From Clostridia bacterium (GTDB lineage Bacteria > Bacillota > Clostridia > TANB77 > CAG-465), in contig JAZSNU010000020.1 in assembly GCA_045536565.1 (NCBI GenBank), forward strand, positions 81,262-145,261: DNA of 64,000 bases. Direction: 5' to 3'. This document shows, in pieces, positions 32,006 through 41,367 of the stretch. Below the pieces are notes generated by a model. The model made no database searches, was not told where the DNA came from, and saw nothing but the letters and a program-made list of their open reading frames with translations. The position numbers and the translations under genes are program-made. The first letter of the stretch is position 1. Every line of letters begins with the position of its first letter.

Positions 32006-32611
32006 ATGTTTGCGTATTTAAAGGGTAAAGCAGTAAATGTCAAAAGGGATAAAGTAGTATTAGATGTAAATAATGTAGGGTATTTAGTAAACATTCCAGA
32101 GGGCGATTCTGAGAAAATTATTGCGGCAGGTGATGTTCACATAATGCTTAATATATATACAGATATTAAAGAAAATGATATAAGTTTATATGGCTTTTTA
32201 GATGCAGAATCATTAAGTGTATTTGAAAAATTAATAAAGGTAAGTGGTGTAGGAAGCAAAATGGCAAGAAATATATTATCGTTTATGACACCGCAGGAAA
32301 TATGTATTGCTATTGCAAATGAAGATTTTGGTTTGATAACGAAAATACCTGGACTTGGTCAAAAAACAGCAGCTAGAATTATATTAGAGTTAAAAGATAA
32401 AATACTTAAAGAGGACATGCCTTCTATTTCATCTAGTAAGACTAAGATTAAGACTAAGACAAATACTAATGAAAATGAAGCAATACTTGCACTTAAAGTC
32501 TTAGGATATTCTCAGCAACAAATTGTTGAAGAGTTAAAAGAAATAGATACCGAAGATCTGAAAGTAGAAGAAATAATCAAAAAAGTGTTATTTAATCTAA
32601 ACAGAAAATAG
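32006..32611 (+). CDS. ruvA: Holliday junction branch migration protein RuvA
   Basis: LYGF, VSGVG, IPGLGQKTAARIILELKDK, ALKVLGY. Confidence 0.95.
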   Translation: MFAYLKGKAVNVKRDKVVLDVNNVGYLVNIPEGDSEKIIAAGDVHIMLNIYTDIKENDISLYGFLDAESLSVFEKLIKVSGVGSKMARNILSFMTPQEICIAIANEDFGLITKIPGLGQKTAARIILELKDKILKEDMPSISSSKTKIKTKTNTNENEAILALKVLGYSQQQIVEELKEIDTEDLKVEEIIKKVLFNLNRK

Positions 32612-32680
32612 AGGAATTAATTGGATTAGATTTAGCATATTTAATATGCTATACTATATAAATACAAAAGGAGTTAATAT

Positions 32681-33358
32681 ATGATTGAATTTAAAGGAGT
32701 AACAAAAAAATATGATCATGGTGTAACAGCCCTTGATAATATTAATTTGAAAATTGAAAAGGGAGAATTTGTTTTTTTAGTTGGACCATCAGGATCTGGT
32801 AAATCTACATTTTTAAAATTAGTTATAAAAGAAGAAGATCCAACAGAAGGAATTATTAATATAAATTCGAGGGATTTGGGAAAACTAAAAGATAGTGATA
32901 TTCCATATTTAAGAAGAAAAATAGGATTTGTATTCCAAGATTTTAGACTGTTATATGATAAAACAGTAGAAGAAAATATTGTATTTGCTTTAAGGGTAAT
33001 TGAAGCGTCTGAAAGAGAGATAAAAACGCAACTTTCTAGTGTATTAAAACAAGTTGGTTTAGAAGGAAAAGAAAACAGTTATCCTAATCAATTATCTGGT
33101 GGGGAACAACAAAGAGTAGCGCTAGCAAGAGCATTAGCGACAAGACCTCCAATAATTATAGCGGACGAGCCAACTGGTAACTTAGATGCAAATACTGCAA
33201 AAGGAATAATGGATACACTTTATGAAATAAACAAAAACGGAACTACAATAGTTGTAGTAACACACGACCAAAATATAATTAAAAATGCAAACAAAAGAGT
33301 TATTGGCTTAGAAAAAGGCAAGATAGTTATGGATAACAAAATAGGAGGTGTTGAATAA
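32681..33358 (+). CDS. ftsE: Cell division ATP-binding protein FtsE
   Basis: GPSGSGKST, VFQDFRLL, LSGGEQQR, ADEPTGNLD. Confidence 0.94.
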   Translation: MIEFKGVTKKYDHGVTALDNINLKIEKGEFVFLVGPSGSGKSTFLKLVIKEEDPTEGIININSRDLGKLKDSDIPYLRRKIGFVFQDFRLLYDKTVEENIVFALRVIEASEREIKTQLSSVLKQVGLEGKENSYPNQLSGGEQQRVALARALATRPPIIIADEPTGNLDANTAKGIMDTLYEINKNGTTIVVVTHDQNIIKNANKRVIGLEKGKIVMDNKIGGVE

Positions 33359-33360
33359 TT

Positions 33361-34254
33361 ATGAAAACATCAACATATTTGTTTAAACAAGGATATGAAA
33401 ATTTAAAAAAACATGGTTCAAAAACATTTTCTACTATGTTAATAATATCTGCTACAATGATTATTTTAGGTATATTTATAATACTAATACAAAATGTAAA
33501 TCAAAATGTAAAAACTATAACAGAAAGTCAAGGATTGCAGGCTTTTGTATCGGATGATTATTTAGATAAAGATAATGTAGAGCAAATCGCAAGAAAATTA
33601 AAAGATGTTGAAAATGTTAAAGAAATAACATATTTGGATAAGGCGGCTGCTTTTGAAGATGCAAAAAGTACATTAAAAGACTATGCATATTTGTTAGATG
33701 GATTAGAAAAAGCGAATCCATTCCCAGCATCATTTATTGTTAAATTTGAAAATTTAGAAGGTACAGAAAATGTAAAAGAAACTATTGAAACAATAGATGG
33801 AATATATAAAGTTGGATATAATGAAACAATAATGAATGCGGTAATGTCAATTTCTGATATTGCAAAAATAGCATTTTTTGGTATTGGCTCAGTTATGATA
33901 ATAATATCAATATTTATTATATCAAATACTATAAAACTTGCCGTATATTCAAACAAAAGAGAGATATTTATAATGAGATATATAGGTGCTACTAATTCCT
34001 TTATAAGAAGACCGTTTATTGTGGAAGGAACACTTATGGGGCTAGCATCAGCGGCTATGTCATGGGTGCTTGTATCTTTAACATATATTGCAGCATATGC
34101 AAGACTTCCTAAAATAGGTTCGACACTCGGAATATTTGGTTTTATACCATATTCTCAGCTTTGGTATATAGTACTTGCAGCATTTTTAGTGTTAGGAGTA
34201 TTCTTAGGAATACTTGGAAGTAGTTTAGCAATTAAAAAATATTTAAAAGCATAG
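33361..34254 (+). CDS. ftsX: Cell division permease FtsX
   Basis: ISNTIKL...REI.IMR.IGAT..FIR.PF.VEG; follows ftsE. Confidence 0.93.
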   Translation: MKTSTYLFKQGYENLKKHGSKTFSTMLIISATMIILGIFIILIQNVNQNVKTITESQGLQAFVSDDYLDKDNVEQIARKLKDVENVKEITYLDKAAAFEDAKSTLKDYAYLLDGLEKANPFPASFIVKFENLEGTENVKETIETIDGIYKVGYNETIMNAVMSISDIAKIAFFGIGSVMIIISIFIISNTIKLAVYSNKREIFIMRYIGATNSFIRRPFIVEGTLMGLASAAMSWVLVSLTYIAAYARLPKIGSTLGIFGFIPYSQLWYIVLAAFLVLGVFLGILGSSLAIKKYLKA

Positions 34255-34263
34255 GAGATATAT

Positions 34264-35502
34264 ATGAAAGTATTAAAAAGTATCATGAAACAAAAACTCT
34301 ATATGTTTCTTCTCATAGTCTTGGTCACAAGTTCAGCATTTACCTATGTTTATGCTGATAAGATATCAGATATAAAAGATGACATATCAGATATAAAAGC
34401 ACAACAATCGGAAACAACAAGAAAATTGGAAGAAGCAGAACAAAGTATAAAAAGCTATGAATCCGAACTTTCAGGACTAGATAAAGATATTGAAAAATAT
34501 GCAGGAGATATTGATAGTTTAAATGGAAGACTAGGTACTGTAAATGAAGAGGTTGCAGAGCTAGAACATGATCTTCAAAATGCTGCAACAAGTTATCAGG
34601 CAACAAAAGATTTACTTAACACTAGACTTAGAGCATTATATGAAAATGGGTTTGTTAACATTTGGGAAGTGTTATTTACTTCAAATGGTATAACTGATTT
34701 TTTGGCTAAATATAGTGTTGTAGCCTCTCTTTTAGAATATGATAAAAAAGTGCTTAATGCAGTTCAAAGTCAGAAGACATATATAGCAAGTAAAAAACAA
34801 GATTCAGAACTTAGAAAATTACAATTAGAACAATTACAATACGATTTAGATAAATCAAAAGAAGCCTTAGAAAGTGCAAAACAAGCAAAACAAAGTAAAT
34901 TAAATCAATTGGAAAACTCTAAAAAAGAACTCGCCGCCCTTCAAGAAACATTAAAGAAAGATTTAAACGATCAGATTGCAAAATTAAATAGAGAAATGGC
35001 AGCTGCTGGTTCAGGTGGTGGAGTATTTGAAGGAGAGTTTGCATTTCCTGTTGAAATGGTAGGAAAAGCAAAACCAATGGTAACAACAAGGTTTGAACAA
35101 TGGTATAGCCCATGGTCTACATATTGCACTTGTCATAGTTGGGGTGTTGACATCACATATACGGATAGTACAAGAAATCTTATTGCTATAGCAGATGGAC
35201 AAGTAACAAATGTGGTTTATGGGTCAACAGGATTTGGTTATTATATTATCATAAATCATGGAAAGAGTTTATCAGATGGAGCTACATATGTAAGTAGATA
35301 TGCGCACTGTGCTAGAATTGATGTAAAAGTAGGAGATAAAGTTACAAGAGGACAGGTTATCGGAAGAATGGGAACAACAGGTAACTCAACGGGTGTACAC
35401 TTGGATTTCTCACTTTCAAAGAATGGTAAATATGTAAATTCACTAGATTATTATGGCGGATATAACGCATTTAGACATATTTATACAGAAAGTTGTAAAT
35501 AA
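34264..35502 (+). CDS. Coiled-coil + M23 peptidase domain (FtsEX partner)
   Basis: Signal peptide, long coiled coil, YAH, GTTGNSTGVHLDF. Confidence 0.87.
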   Translation: MKVLKSIMKQKLYMFLLIVLVTSSAFTYVYADKISDIKDDISDIKAQQSETTRKLEEAEQSIKSYESELSGLDKDIEKYAGDIDSLNGRLGTVNEEVAELEHDLQNAATSYQATKDLLNTRLRALYENGFVNIWEVLFTSNGITDFLAKYSVVASLLEYDKKVLNAVQSQKTYIASKKQDSELRKLQLEQLQYDLDKSKEALESAKQAKQSKLNQLENSKKELAALQETLKKDLNDQIAKLNREMAAAGSGGGVFEGEFAFPVEMVGKAKPMVTTRFEQWYSPWSTYCTCHSWGVDITYTDSTRNLIAIADGQVTNVVYGSTGFGYYIIINHGKSLSDGATYVSRYAHCARIDVKVGDKVTRGQVIGRMGTTGNSTGVHLDFSLSKNGKYVNSLDYYGGYNAFRHIYTESCK

Positions 35503-35523
35503 TAAATATATGAGGATAAAATA

Positions 35524-35547
35524 AAAGACCAGCATTTGCTGGTCTTT
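35524..35547. terminator. Bidirectional intrinsic terminator
   Basis: AAAGACCAGC-ATTT-GCTGGTCTTT. Confidence 0.8.
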
Positions 35548-35557
35548 ATTGGAATAT

Positions 35558-35896
35558 TTAAGCACACTCTTTTGCAATACGCTTTAATTCATTCCATTTG
35601 CTTTCAAAGGCTACTGGATAGTCCCAATTTGAAAAAGGTACATACATGCCACGGCTTGTAAAACCATTTTCCTGAAGAATATCCATAAACTGTTTAGTAT
35701 AAGGAATAACATGTAAAGTGCCATCTGTGAAGAATGAAATTATACCGTTATTCGTGTTGTAGGTGCTTTCAACAAGGTTAGATGCGTCAACAGTAAGTAT
35801 TTCCTCTTGGTTTAATTGTGGCCATCTTACCTTAATTGGATGGGTAATTGCGATAGCTGTTTCTTTGAGTTCTGTGAGTGTTTTAATTGTTTTCAT
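35558..35896 (-). CDS. Hypothetical protein
   Basis: 112-aa ORF, tandem AAGGAG SD, own promoter. Confidence 0.75.
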   Translation of the reverse strand: MKTIKTLTELKETAIAITHPIKVRWPQLNQEEILTVDASNLVESTYNTNNGIISFFTDGTLHVIPYTKQFMDILQENGFTSRGMYVPFSNWDYPVAFESKWNELKRIAKECA

Positions 35897-36022
35897 AATG
35901 TTTTCTCCTTTTCTCCTTCATGCTTTGCATGAGTTCTAATATAATCATATATATAATCAGGTTTCCCTGTTATTTTCCTGTTGTTTAGTATAACAACATC
36001 TTAATATGTTTAAGATAGTTAT

Positions 36023-36051
36023 ATTATACCATATTTTACATAAAAAAGCAA
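36023..36051 (-). promoter_or_regulatory. Sigma-A promoter for the 35558-35896 gene
   Basis: TTGCTT-17-TATAAT with extended -10 TG. Confidence 0.7.
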
Positions 36052-36081
36052 ATTTCGTTAAATATCAAAGAGATTATTCTT

Positions 36082-36088
36082 TGTCGAA
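36082..36088 (+). promoter_or_regulatory. Candidate Spo0A box
   Basis: Exact TGTCGAA between two divergent promoters. Confidence 0.45.
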
Positions 36089-36135
36089 TTTTGAATATAA
36101 TAGTTTTTGTGTCATATTTTGAAACACGGTTTTTG

Positions 36136-36164
36136 TTGACAAGCAAGGATTACCATGTTAAAGT
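36136..36164 (+). promoter_or_regulatory. Sigma-A promoter of Tad-like operon
   Basis: TTGACA-17-TAAAGT with extended -10 TG. Confidence 0.7.
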
Positions 36165-36187
36165 ATAGACATAGAGGAGGTGGTTGT

Positions 36188-37012
36188 ATCTATGAAATAA
36201 TATGTATGGGTATATTCACAATAATTATATATAAAGTGTTAGATAAATATTTAATTGAGCAGAAAGGAAAAATTATAATAGGAAAGATCAATTTAGATAA
36301 CAATCTTAATATAACCAGAATGCCTACATGTATAAAAAAATATTTATCGAATATTCATAAAAAATTATTTAATATAAGTAATCCATATGGATTAAGTCTA
36401 AAAAAATATATATTAATAAAATATGTTTTTTCATTTATGTTTTTTATCGTATCGATTATTAATAAAAATAGTATTTTAGTATCTTTAATTATTACAATCT
36501 TTACACATTTTATACCTAATTTGTTAATTTATATGTTTAAGAAAAACGAAAGAGTTTATGTTATAAAAAATCTAAGAAATATTGTAAATAGTATGGTTAT
36601 ATCTTTGTCTGCATCACTTACATTAGAGTCAGCATTAAAAAGCAGTATAGATGCAATTGAATATAAAAGGTTAAAAGAGGAATTTGAAACTTTTATAGAT
36701 AAATATAAAACATATGGATATAACATGAGAAAAGCCATTAATTCTCTTAAAGAAAAATTTAATTACTATGAAATTGAACTCTTTATATCGACACTCTTAA
36801 ATGCAGAAAATGATGGTAATATTATTAAAAGTTTAGAAAAGTATAATATGGTTTTAGATATAAGTTATTCTAAATATTTGGCTAAGGAAAATTCAAAAAG
36901 AGTTCTTTACCTTACATTAGGAACGGTACTGGCACTTGTAAATATAATAATTATTGTAATGTATCCTATGTTTATAGAAGTAGCAGAAAATCTGCAAGTG
37001 ATATTTAGTTAG
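36188..37012 (+). CDS. TadB/TadC-like (T2SSF) pilus platform membrane protein
   Basis: TM pair, helical T2SSF-like region (SLSASLTLESAL...ALNS/AINSLKEKF...ENDGN), C-terminal 'IIIVMYP' TM; precedes Flp-like pilin; start uncertain (ATC 36188 or ATG 36206). Confidence 0.65.
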   Translation: MYEIICMGIFTIIIYKVLDKYLIEQKGKIIIGKINLDNNLNITRMPTCIKKYLSNIHKKLFNISNPYGLSLKKYILIKYVFSFMFFIVSIINKNSILVSLIITIFTHFIPNLLIYMFKKNERVYVIKNLRNIVNSMVISLSASLTLESALKSSIDAIEYKRLKEEFETFIDKYKTYGYNMRKAINSLKEKFNYYEIELFISTLLNAENDGNIIKSLEKYNMVLDISYSKYLAKENSKRVLYLTLGTVLALVNIIIIVMYPMFIEVAENLQVIFS

Positions 37013-37023
37013 GAGGAAAAAAT

Positions 37024-37257
37024 TTGAAAAAAGTATTATTAGTAGTAAAAAACGGAAAAAAGAAAGAAGAAAAAATAAAAAATAATTTAAATAGTAAAAG
37101 AGGTTCAGAACTTGCTCAAACAGTTCTTATAACAGCAATTATGATTATGCTTATTGCAGCGTTATTCTTTCCTCAAATAAAAGGACTCTTCCAAACAGCA
37201 ATGACTGAAATTACAACTTGGTTTAATACCATTATTGGTGATATATCAGCAACATAA
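37024..37257 (+). CDS. Flp-like major pilin
   Basis: Basic leader ending KRG, then hydrophobic helix and short amphipathic tail; 77 aa; TTG start after AGGAGG. Confidence 0.65.
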   Translation: MKKVLLVVKNGKKKEEKIKNNLNSKRGSELAQTVLITAIMIMLIAALFFPQIKGLFQTAMTEITTWFNTIIGDISAT

Positions 37258-37276
37258 ATAATATAAGGAGAAAAAA

Positions 37277-37921
37277 TTGAATAATATAAAGAAAATAACA
37301 ATTGCATTTTTAATAGCATTAATTGTTGTAGTATTAGTAGAAATAACATGGAATAAATTTGGGATAAAACAAACAAATATATATGTTGCAGTAAAGGAAA
37401 TATATAAAGGAGAAAAAATACTAGAAGATGATGTCAAAAAAATATCTTTAAATGCAACGGAAGGTATAAGTAAATATACAAATAGTGATATAGTAGGAAA
37501 GATTGCCAAGAATAATATTTCGTCTGATAAGATTGTATCAAAGGGAGATGTTACCGCAAACAAATTAGAAATAGAAGATGAGGAAAGTTATGAATATATA
37601 ACAATAGAGGTAAAAAGTATAAGTGACTCTCTTGCATATCAGATAAAAAAAGGAGATTATATAAATGTATATTATACAACTAAAAATAGAAAACTAGAGA
37701 ATTTATTTATAAACAAACGAGAAGTACTTCAAAATAATTTAAGCATTACATACAGAATATTTGAAAATACAAAGGTGATAGGCCTATATAATACAGTAGG
37801 TCAAGAAGTAAAAAATGGTAATCAATATAATGGGATAATGCTTAGAGTCAAAAAGCAAGATGCACTATTTGTATCGAATATAAAAGATGAAGGTGTATTT
37901 ACAACATCTATATTAAAATAA
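37277..37921 (+). CDS. SAF-domain CpaB/RcpC-like pilus assembly protein
   Basis: VAVKEIYKGEKI, IVGKIAKNNI, IKKGDYINVY. Confidence 0.7.
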   Translation: MNNIKKITIAFLIALIVVVLVEITWNKFGIKQTNIYVAVKEIYKGEKILEDDVKKISLNATEGISKYTNSDIVGKIAKNNISSDKIVSKGDVTANKLEIEDEESYEYITIEVKSISDSLAYQIKKGDYINVYYTTKNRKLENLFINKREVLQNNLSITYRIFENTKVIGLYNTVGQEVKNGNQYNGIMLRVKKQDALFVSNIKDEGVFTTSILK

Positions 37922-37933
37922 TGGAGGTATAGT

Positions 37934-38296
37934 TTGAAAATAGCATTTATTAATTCAGAGAAATATTCCAAGTATAATGATAAAATAAAAGAAATTGTAG
38001 AAAATGTTAATAATAGGTTAGTAAAAAATATGCAGCAAGCAGAAGTAAATCAAGTAGCAATAGGAACAAGGAAAAAATATGATTTATATTTTGTAATAAC
38101 AGATGATATAGAAGATTTTAATCTGGTTTGTCTAAAAATAAAACCTAAAATAAATCCAGTATTAATCACTAAAAATCTAGAAGAAAAATTTATTAGGTCA
38201 GTTATATTCTCAGTAAAAGATATATTATACATTGATAATAGTATTGAAGTTATAACAAATAGAATAGCAAGTATTATAGGAAAAACATATGTATAA
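37934..38296 (+). CDS. Hypothetical, possibly degenerate receiver-like domain
   Basis: 120-aa alpha/beta pattern, SD GGAGG + TTG. Confidence 0.55.
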   Translation: MKIAFINSEKYSKYNDKIKEIVENVNNRLVKNMQQAEVNQVAIGTRKKYDLYFVITDDIEDFNLVCLKIKPKINPVLITKNLEEKFIRSVIFSVKDILYIDNSIEVITNRIASIIGKTYV

Positions 38297-38849
38297 AAAA
38301 CAGAACAAGTATATTTTAGTCATAATGTTTTTTGTAGGTATTCTTTTTATAGCTGGTTTTGTCAAAACATTTTTTAGTTATAACGATAAATTTATTGATA
38401 CCACAAATATGTCTATATATAGAATAGATAATAGTATATCTAAAAATATTACATCAAGACAAATATTGCGTAAGGATAATGTTGTTTTTGTAGGAAATAG
38501 CAAAAAAGAAATTGAAAATGGATACTATGATCTAAAAATAATGTTAGAAGATAGAAATGTTAAGTTATATATAAATAAATTGTGGAAAGTATTTAATCAA
38601 TCATTATATGAAAAAGATTATGTGCGTGAGGTAATAAACAGTGTATTTGATATTTTTGAGATTAATCAAAAAAAACAAAAAGAATGTTTAATACAATATA
38701 TTACTAATGGATATTTAGTTAGTAAAGGAGTAAATAAGGAAAATAGTAGTAATGAACAAATATATATAGATAAAATTAGAATTAAATCAGAAATAGTAGA
38801 TAGCGAATTGATTTTGAATATTTGTAAAGAGGTGAAGTGTGAAAGTTAA
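38289..38849 (+). CDS. Hypothetical membrane-anchored protein in Tad-like operon
   Basis: Overlaps both neighbours; N-terminal TM. Confidence 0.65.
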   Translation: MYKKQNKYILVIMFFVGILFIAGFVKTFFSYNDKFIDTTNMSIYRIDNSISKNITSRQILRKDNVVFVGNSKKEIENGYYDLKIMLEDRNVKLYINKLWKVFNQSLYEKDYVREVINSVFDIFEINQKKQKECLIQYITNGYLVSKGVNKENSSNEQIYIDKIRIKSEIVDSELILNICKEVKCES

Positions 38850-40449
38850 GAATATAAAACTTGCAATTTCAACATTGTGCATGTGTATAATGTGCATAAC
38901 TTCCAACAAAATATATGGAATAAGCGAAGATTTTAAATTTGTAATAGATACAATAGGTATACCTAGATATAATGTATATGGAAAAGAGATTAATGAGGAA
39001 GTATATAAAGCATATAATATTTTTTCTTATGGCTGGCCAGAAGAATTGGGTGCAGATATAGGGCAAAGATGGAAAGGTTCAAAATATGGTTTATGGGCAC
39101 AAGGAATAGGGGAATATACTGGAAGTGGAACAAGAGGAGAATATAATTTGCTTGGTAAAGATTATAGTGGGAATATCATTAATAATTATTATTTTCCTGT
39201 GGATTTTATTCCTACAGATACACCAGAATATTGGGAGTACTGTGTTAATCCTGGTGCAATAGAATCTTGGAATGATAAAAACAAATACAAATATGTTGAA
39301 CAATTAGAATATATGAAAAATACCAAATTGCTTTTTAATGATATTTCAAGTAGAGATAATGCAGATAATCCAGATATGATGAGAGAATATAACATAAGAG
39401 CATCACAAATTGGGTTAGATAAGGCAAGATTAGATGTGTGTTCCACATGGAAAACAAATGGTATGATTTATGTTAAAAGAAGAGTAGGAAATAGTACTAG
39501 GTATGCAGTTTTTTTAACGAATCCTATGGCTTCTGATGCAAAAATTAAAGCATATATAGATAATGTAAGACTAAGTATGACTATGTATAAAAAACAGGAC
39601 GAAATAAGAATACCAATAAGTTATGGTGCAAACATAGAAAACATGAATGGGTATGCTAAGAAAGAACATATAAAAGAAATAAAATCTGAGTTATATATTA
39701 ATGGGAAGGTAGTGGATGAAATAAGTGGCAGTAAAATAGATACAGTGGGTAAAAAATATGTATTAAAGTTATCCAGAGAAGAGTTAAATGAAAATGAGTA
39801 CAATATAATAGAAATTAAAAATAAAAGTTATGCACATACTGAATTTGCAGTGGATGGTCTCATGCAAAGCAGTAAAACTATAACGATAAGAGTATTTGTA
39901 GAGAAAAAAGAAGATATCCCCTTTAATTTTGATAGTGTAAAAGTTTTAGAAAAAGAAAATGATAATCTGGTTGTAAGACCACTTGCCCAATTTAATTCGT
40001 CGGAAGAAAGTTTCGGAATAACAGAAGCAGGAAAATATTTAGCAGTAAAATTTAATATTAATGATAAACTAAAATATGAAGATTTACAGGATATTGCATT
40101 ATACTTAAATGATGAAAGAATAGATAGTTTTGAAACTAAAAGGTCTGATAATAGTAATGCTTGTTGTGTGATTTTTAGAATACCTACATACACAGATTCT
40201 ACCATATTTGGTTGGAAGAGTTTAAGGCAGCTTTATGGTAATTATTTTAGTATTGATGAAACCCAGATAGGAAAAAGAATAAACAATGCACATGAGTTTG
40301 TGATAAAAGTAAAGTATAATGACAAGGAATATAGTGTAAGTTGCAACTTTGATACAATAGATGATTATGTCACTAATATTAATTATAGATATGATGGCGC
40401 TAAAAATAATAATGAGATGGTATTGTTTTCGGAGTGGTTAGAAGAATGA
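38839..40449 (+). CDS. Secreted protein (Athe_2463-like N-terminal domain, tentative)
   Basis: Signal peptide; 'GEYNLLGKDYSGNIINNYYFPVD' recalled as similar to that domain (unverified); aromatic/Gly-rich. Confidence 0.55.
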   Translation: MKVKNIKLAISTLCMCIMCITSNKIYGISEDFKFVIDTIGIPRYNVYGKEINEEVYKAYNIFSYGWPEELGADIGQRWKGSKYGLWAQGIGEYTGSGTRGEYNLLGKDYSGNIINNYYFPVDFIPTDTPEYWEYCVNPGAIESWNDKNKYKYVEQLEYMKNTKLLFNDISSRDNADNPDMMREYNIRASQIGLDKARLDVCSTWKTNGMIYVKRRVGNSTRYAVFLTNPMASDAKIKAYIDNVRLSMTMYKKQDEIRIPISYGANIENMNGYAKKEHIKEIKSELYINGKVVDEISGSKIDTVGKKYVLKLSREELNENEYNIIEIKNKSYAHTEFAVDGLMQSSKTITIRVFVEKKEDIPFNFDSVKVLEKENDNLVVRPLAQFNSSEESFGITEAGKYLAVKFNINDKLKYEDLQDIALYLNDERIDSFETKRSDNSNACCVIFRIPTYTDSTIFGWKSLRQLYGNYFSIDETQIGKRINNAHEFVIKVKYNDKEYSVSCNFDTIDDYVTNINYRYDGAKNNNEMVLFSEWLEE

Positions 40450-40931
40450 AAAGATTAAAAAGAGGAAATATAACTTTAATGTTATTTCCTATTGGTGTAA
40501 TGTTATTAATTATAATACTTATTTCAATTGCCTTTTTATACATTCAAATAATAGTTAAAATACATGATATTAAATCTAATTTGTTTTATATAGTATCATC
40601 TAGTGTTCAAAAAGACACATTAGAAAATTTATCATATAGGGAATACCTAATTGATAGTGAAAAAATAAAAGAAAAGATAAACTTTTTACTTAATAAAAAT
40701 TATTTAAAAGAAAATACTAACAATGGAATAATAGCCATAGAGTGCGAAGAGGTAAGGCTAGTAAAAAATGAAGGTGATACTATTAAGCATACAAATGGTA
40801 AATATAATTTTCCGATAATATGTGTAAATATACGAGTAGAGTTTAAACCAGTAATAAGCATAATAGGTGATAGGTTAAATATTAAAATACATGAAGATAT
40901 TAAATTTAACCTTTTAGAATTTAGTAATTAG
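40446..40931 (+). CDS. TadE/TadG-like minor pilin
   Basis: MKRLKRG|NITLMLF + long hydrophobic helix. Confidence 0.55.
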   Translation: MKRLKRGNITLMLFPIGVMLLIIILISIAFLYIQIIVKIHDIKSNLFYIVSSSVQKDTLENLSYREYLIDSEKIKEKINFLLNKNYLKENTNNGIIAIECEEVRLVKNEGDTIKHTNGKYNFPIICVNIRVEFKPVISIIGDRLNIKIHEDIKFNLLEFSN

Positions 40932-40949
40932 CGAAAGGAAATATAATAT

Positions 40950-41363
40950 ATGGATAAGATAAATAAAAAAGGAAATACTGTACTCACCATGCCTTTTGTT
41001 ATTATAATATCACTTACAATAATTATACTGTTTTCTGTATTTGCGATTAATATGATTATGCCATTTATATGGTATGAAAAGTTGCAACATATAAGTTATA
41101 AATATATGTATGTTATTGAAAAGTATGGGTATTTAACAGAAGATGAAAAGGAAAGCCTTATAGAAGAATTAGATAGACATGGATTTGATAAAGAGGAAAT
41201 AAAAGTAGAAGCACCTACTCAGCCATTAGGATATGGAAATATAATTGAGTTTAATATTAAATATAATTATAAACAAAAACTTCCTTTGTGGGAAGGAAGT
41301 TTAAAAATGGTTACGAAAGATATACCTATAAATGTAAATAAAACCATTATATCGAAGATTTAA
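40950..41363 (+). CDS. TadE/DUF4320-like minor pilin
   Basis: NKKG|NTVLT + hydrophobic helix; EKYGYLT, LGYG. Confidence 0.6.
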   Translation: MDKINKKGNTVLTMPFVIIISLTIIILFSVFAINMIMPFIWYEKLQHISYKYMYVIEKYGYLTEDEKESLIEELDRHGFDKEEIKVEAPTQPLGYGNIIEFNIKYNYKQKLPLWEGSLKMVTKDIPINVNKTIISKI

Positions 41364-41367
41364 TAAG

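Noticed and set aside
35897-36020. c-di-GMP-I riboswitch
   Set aside because: Has a GAAA tetraloop and GCAAAG, but I cannot find the P1 and tetraloop-receptor architecture; kept only as an unknown structured leader
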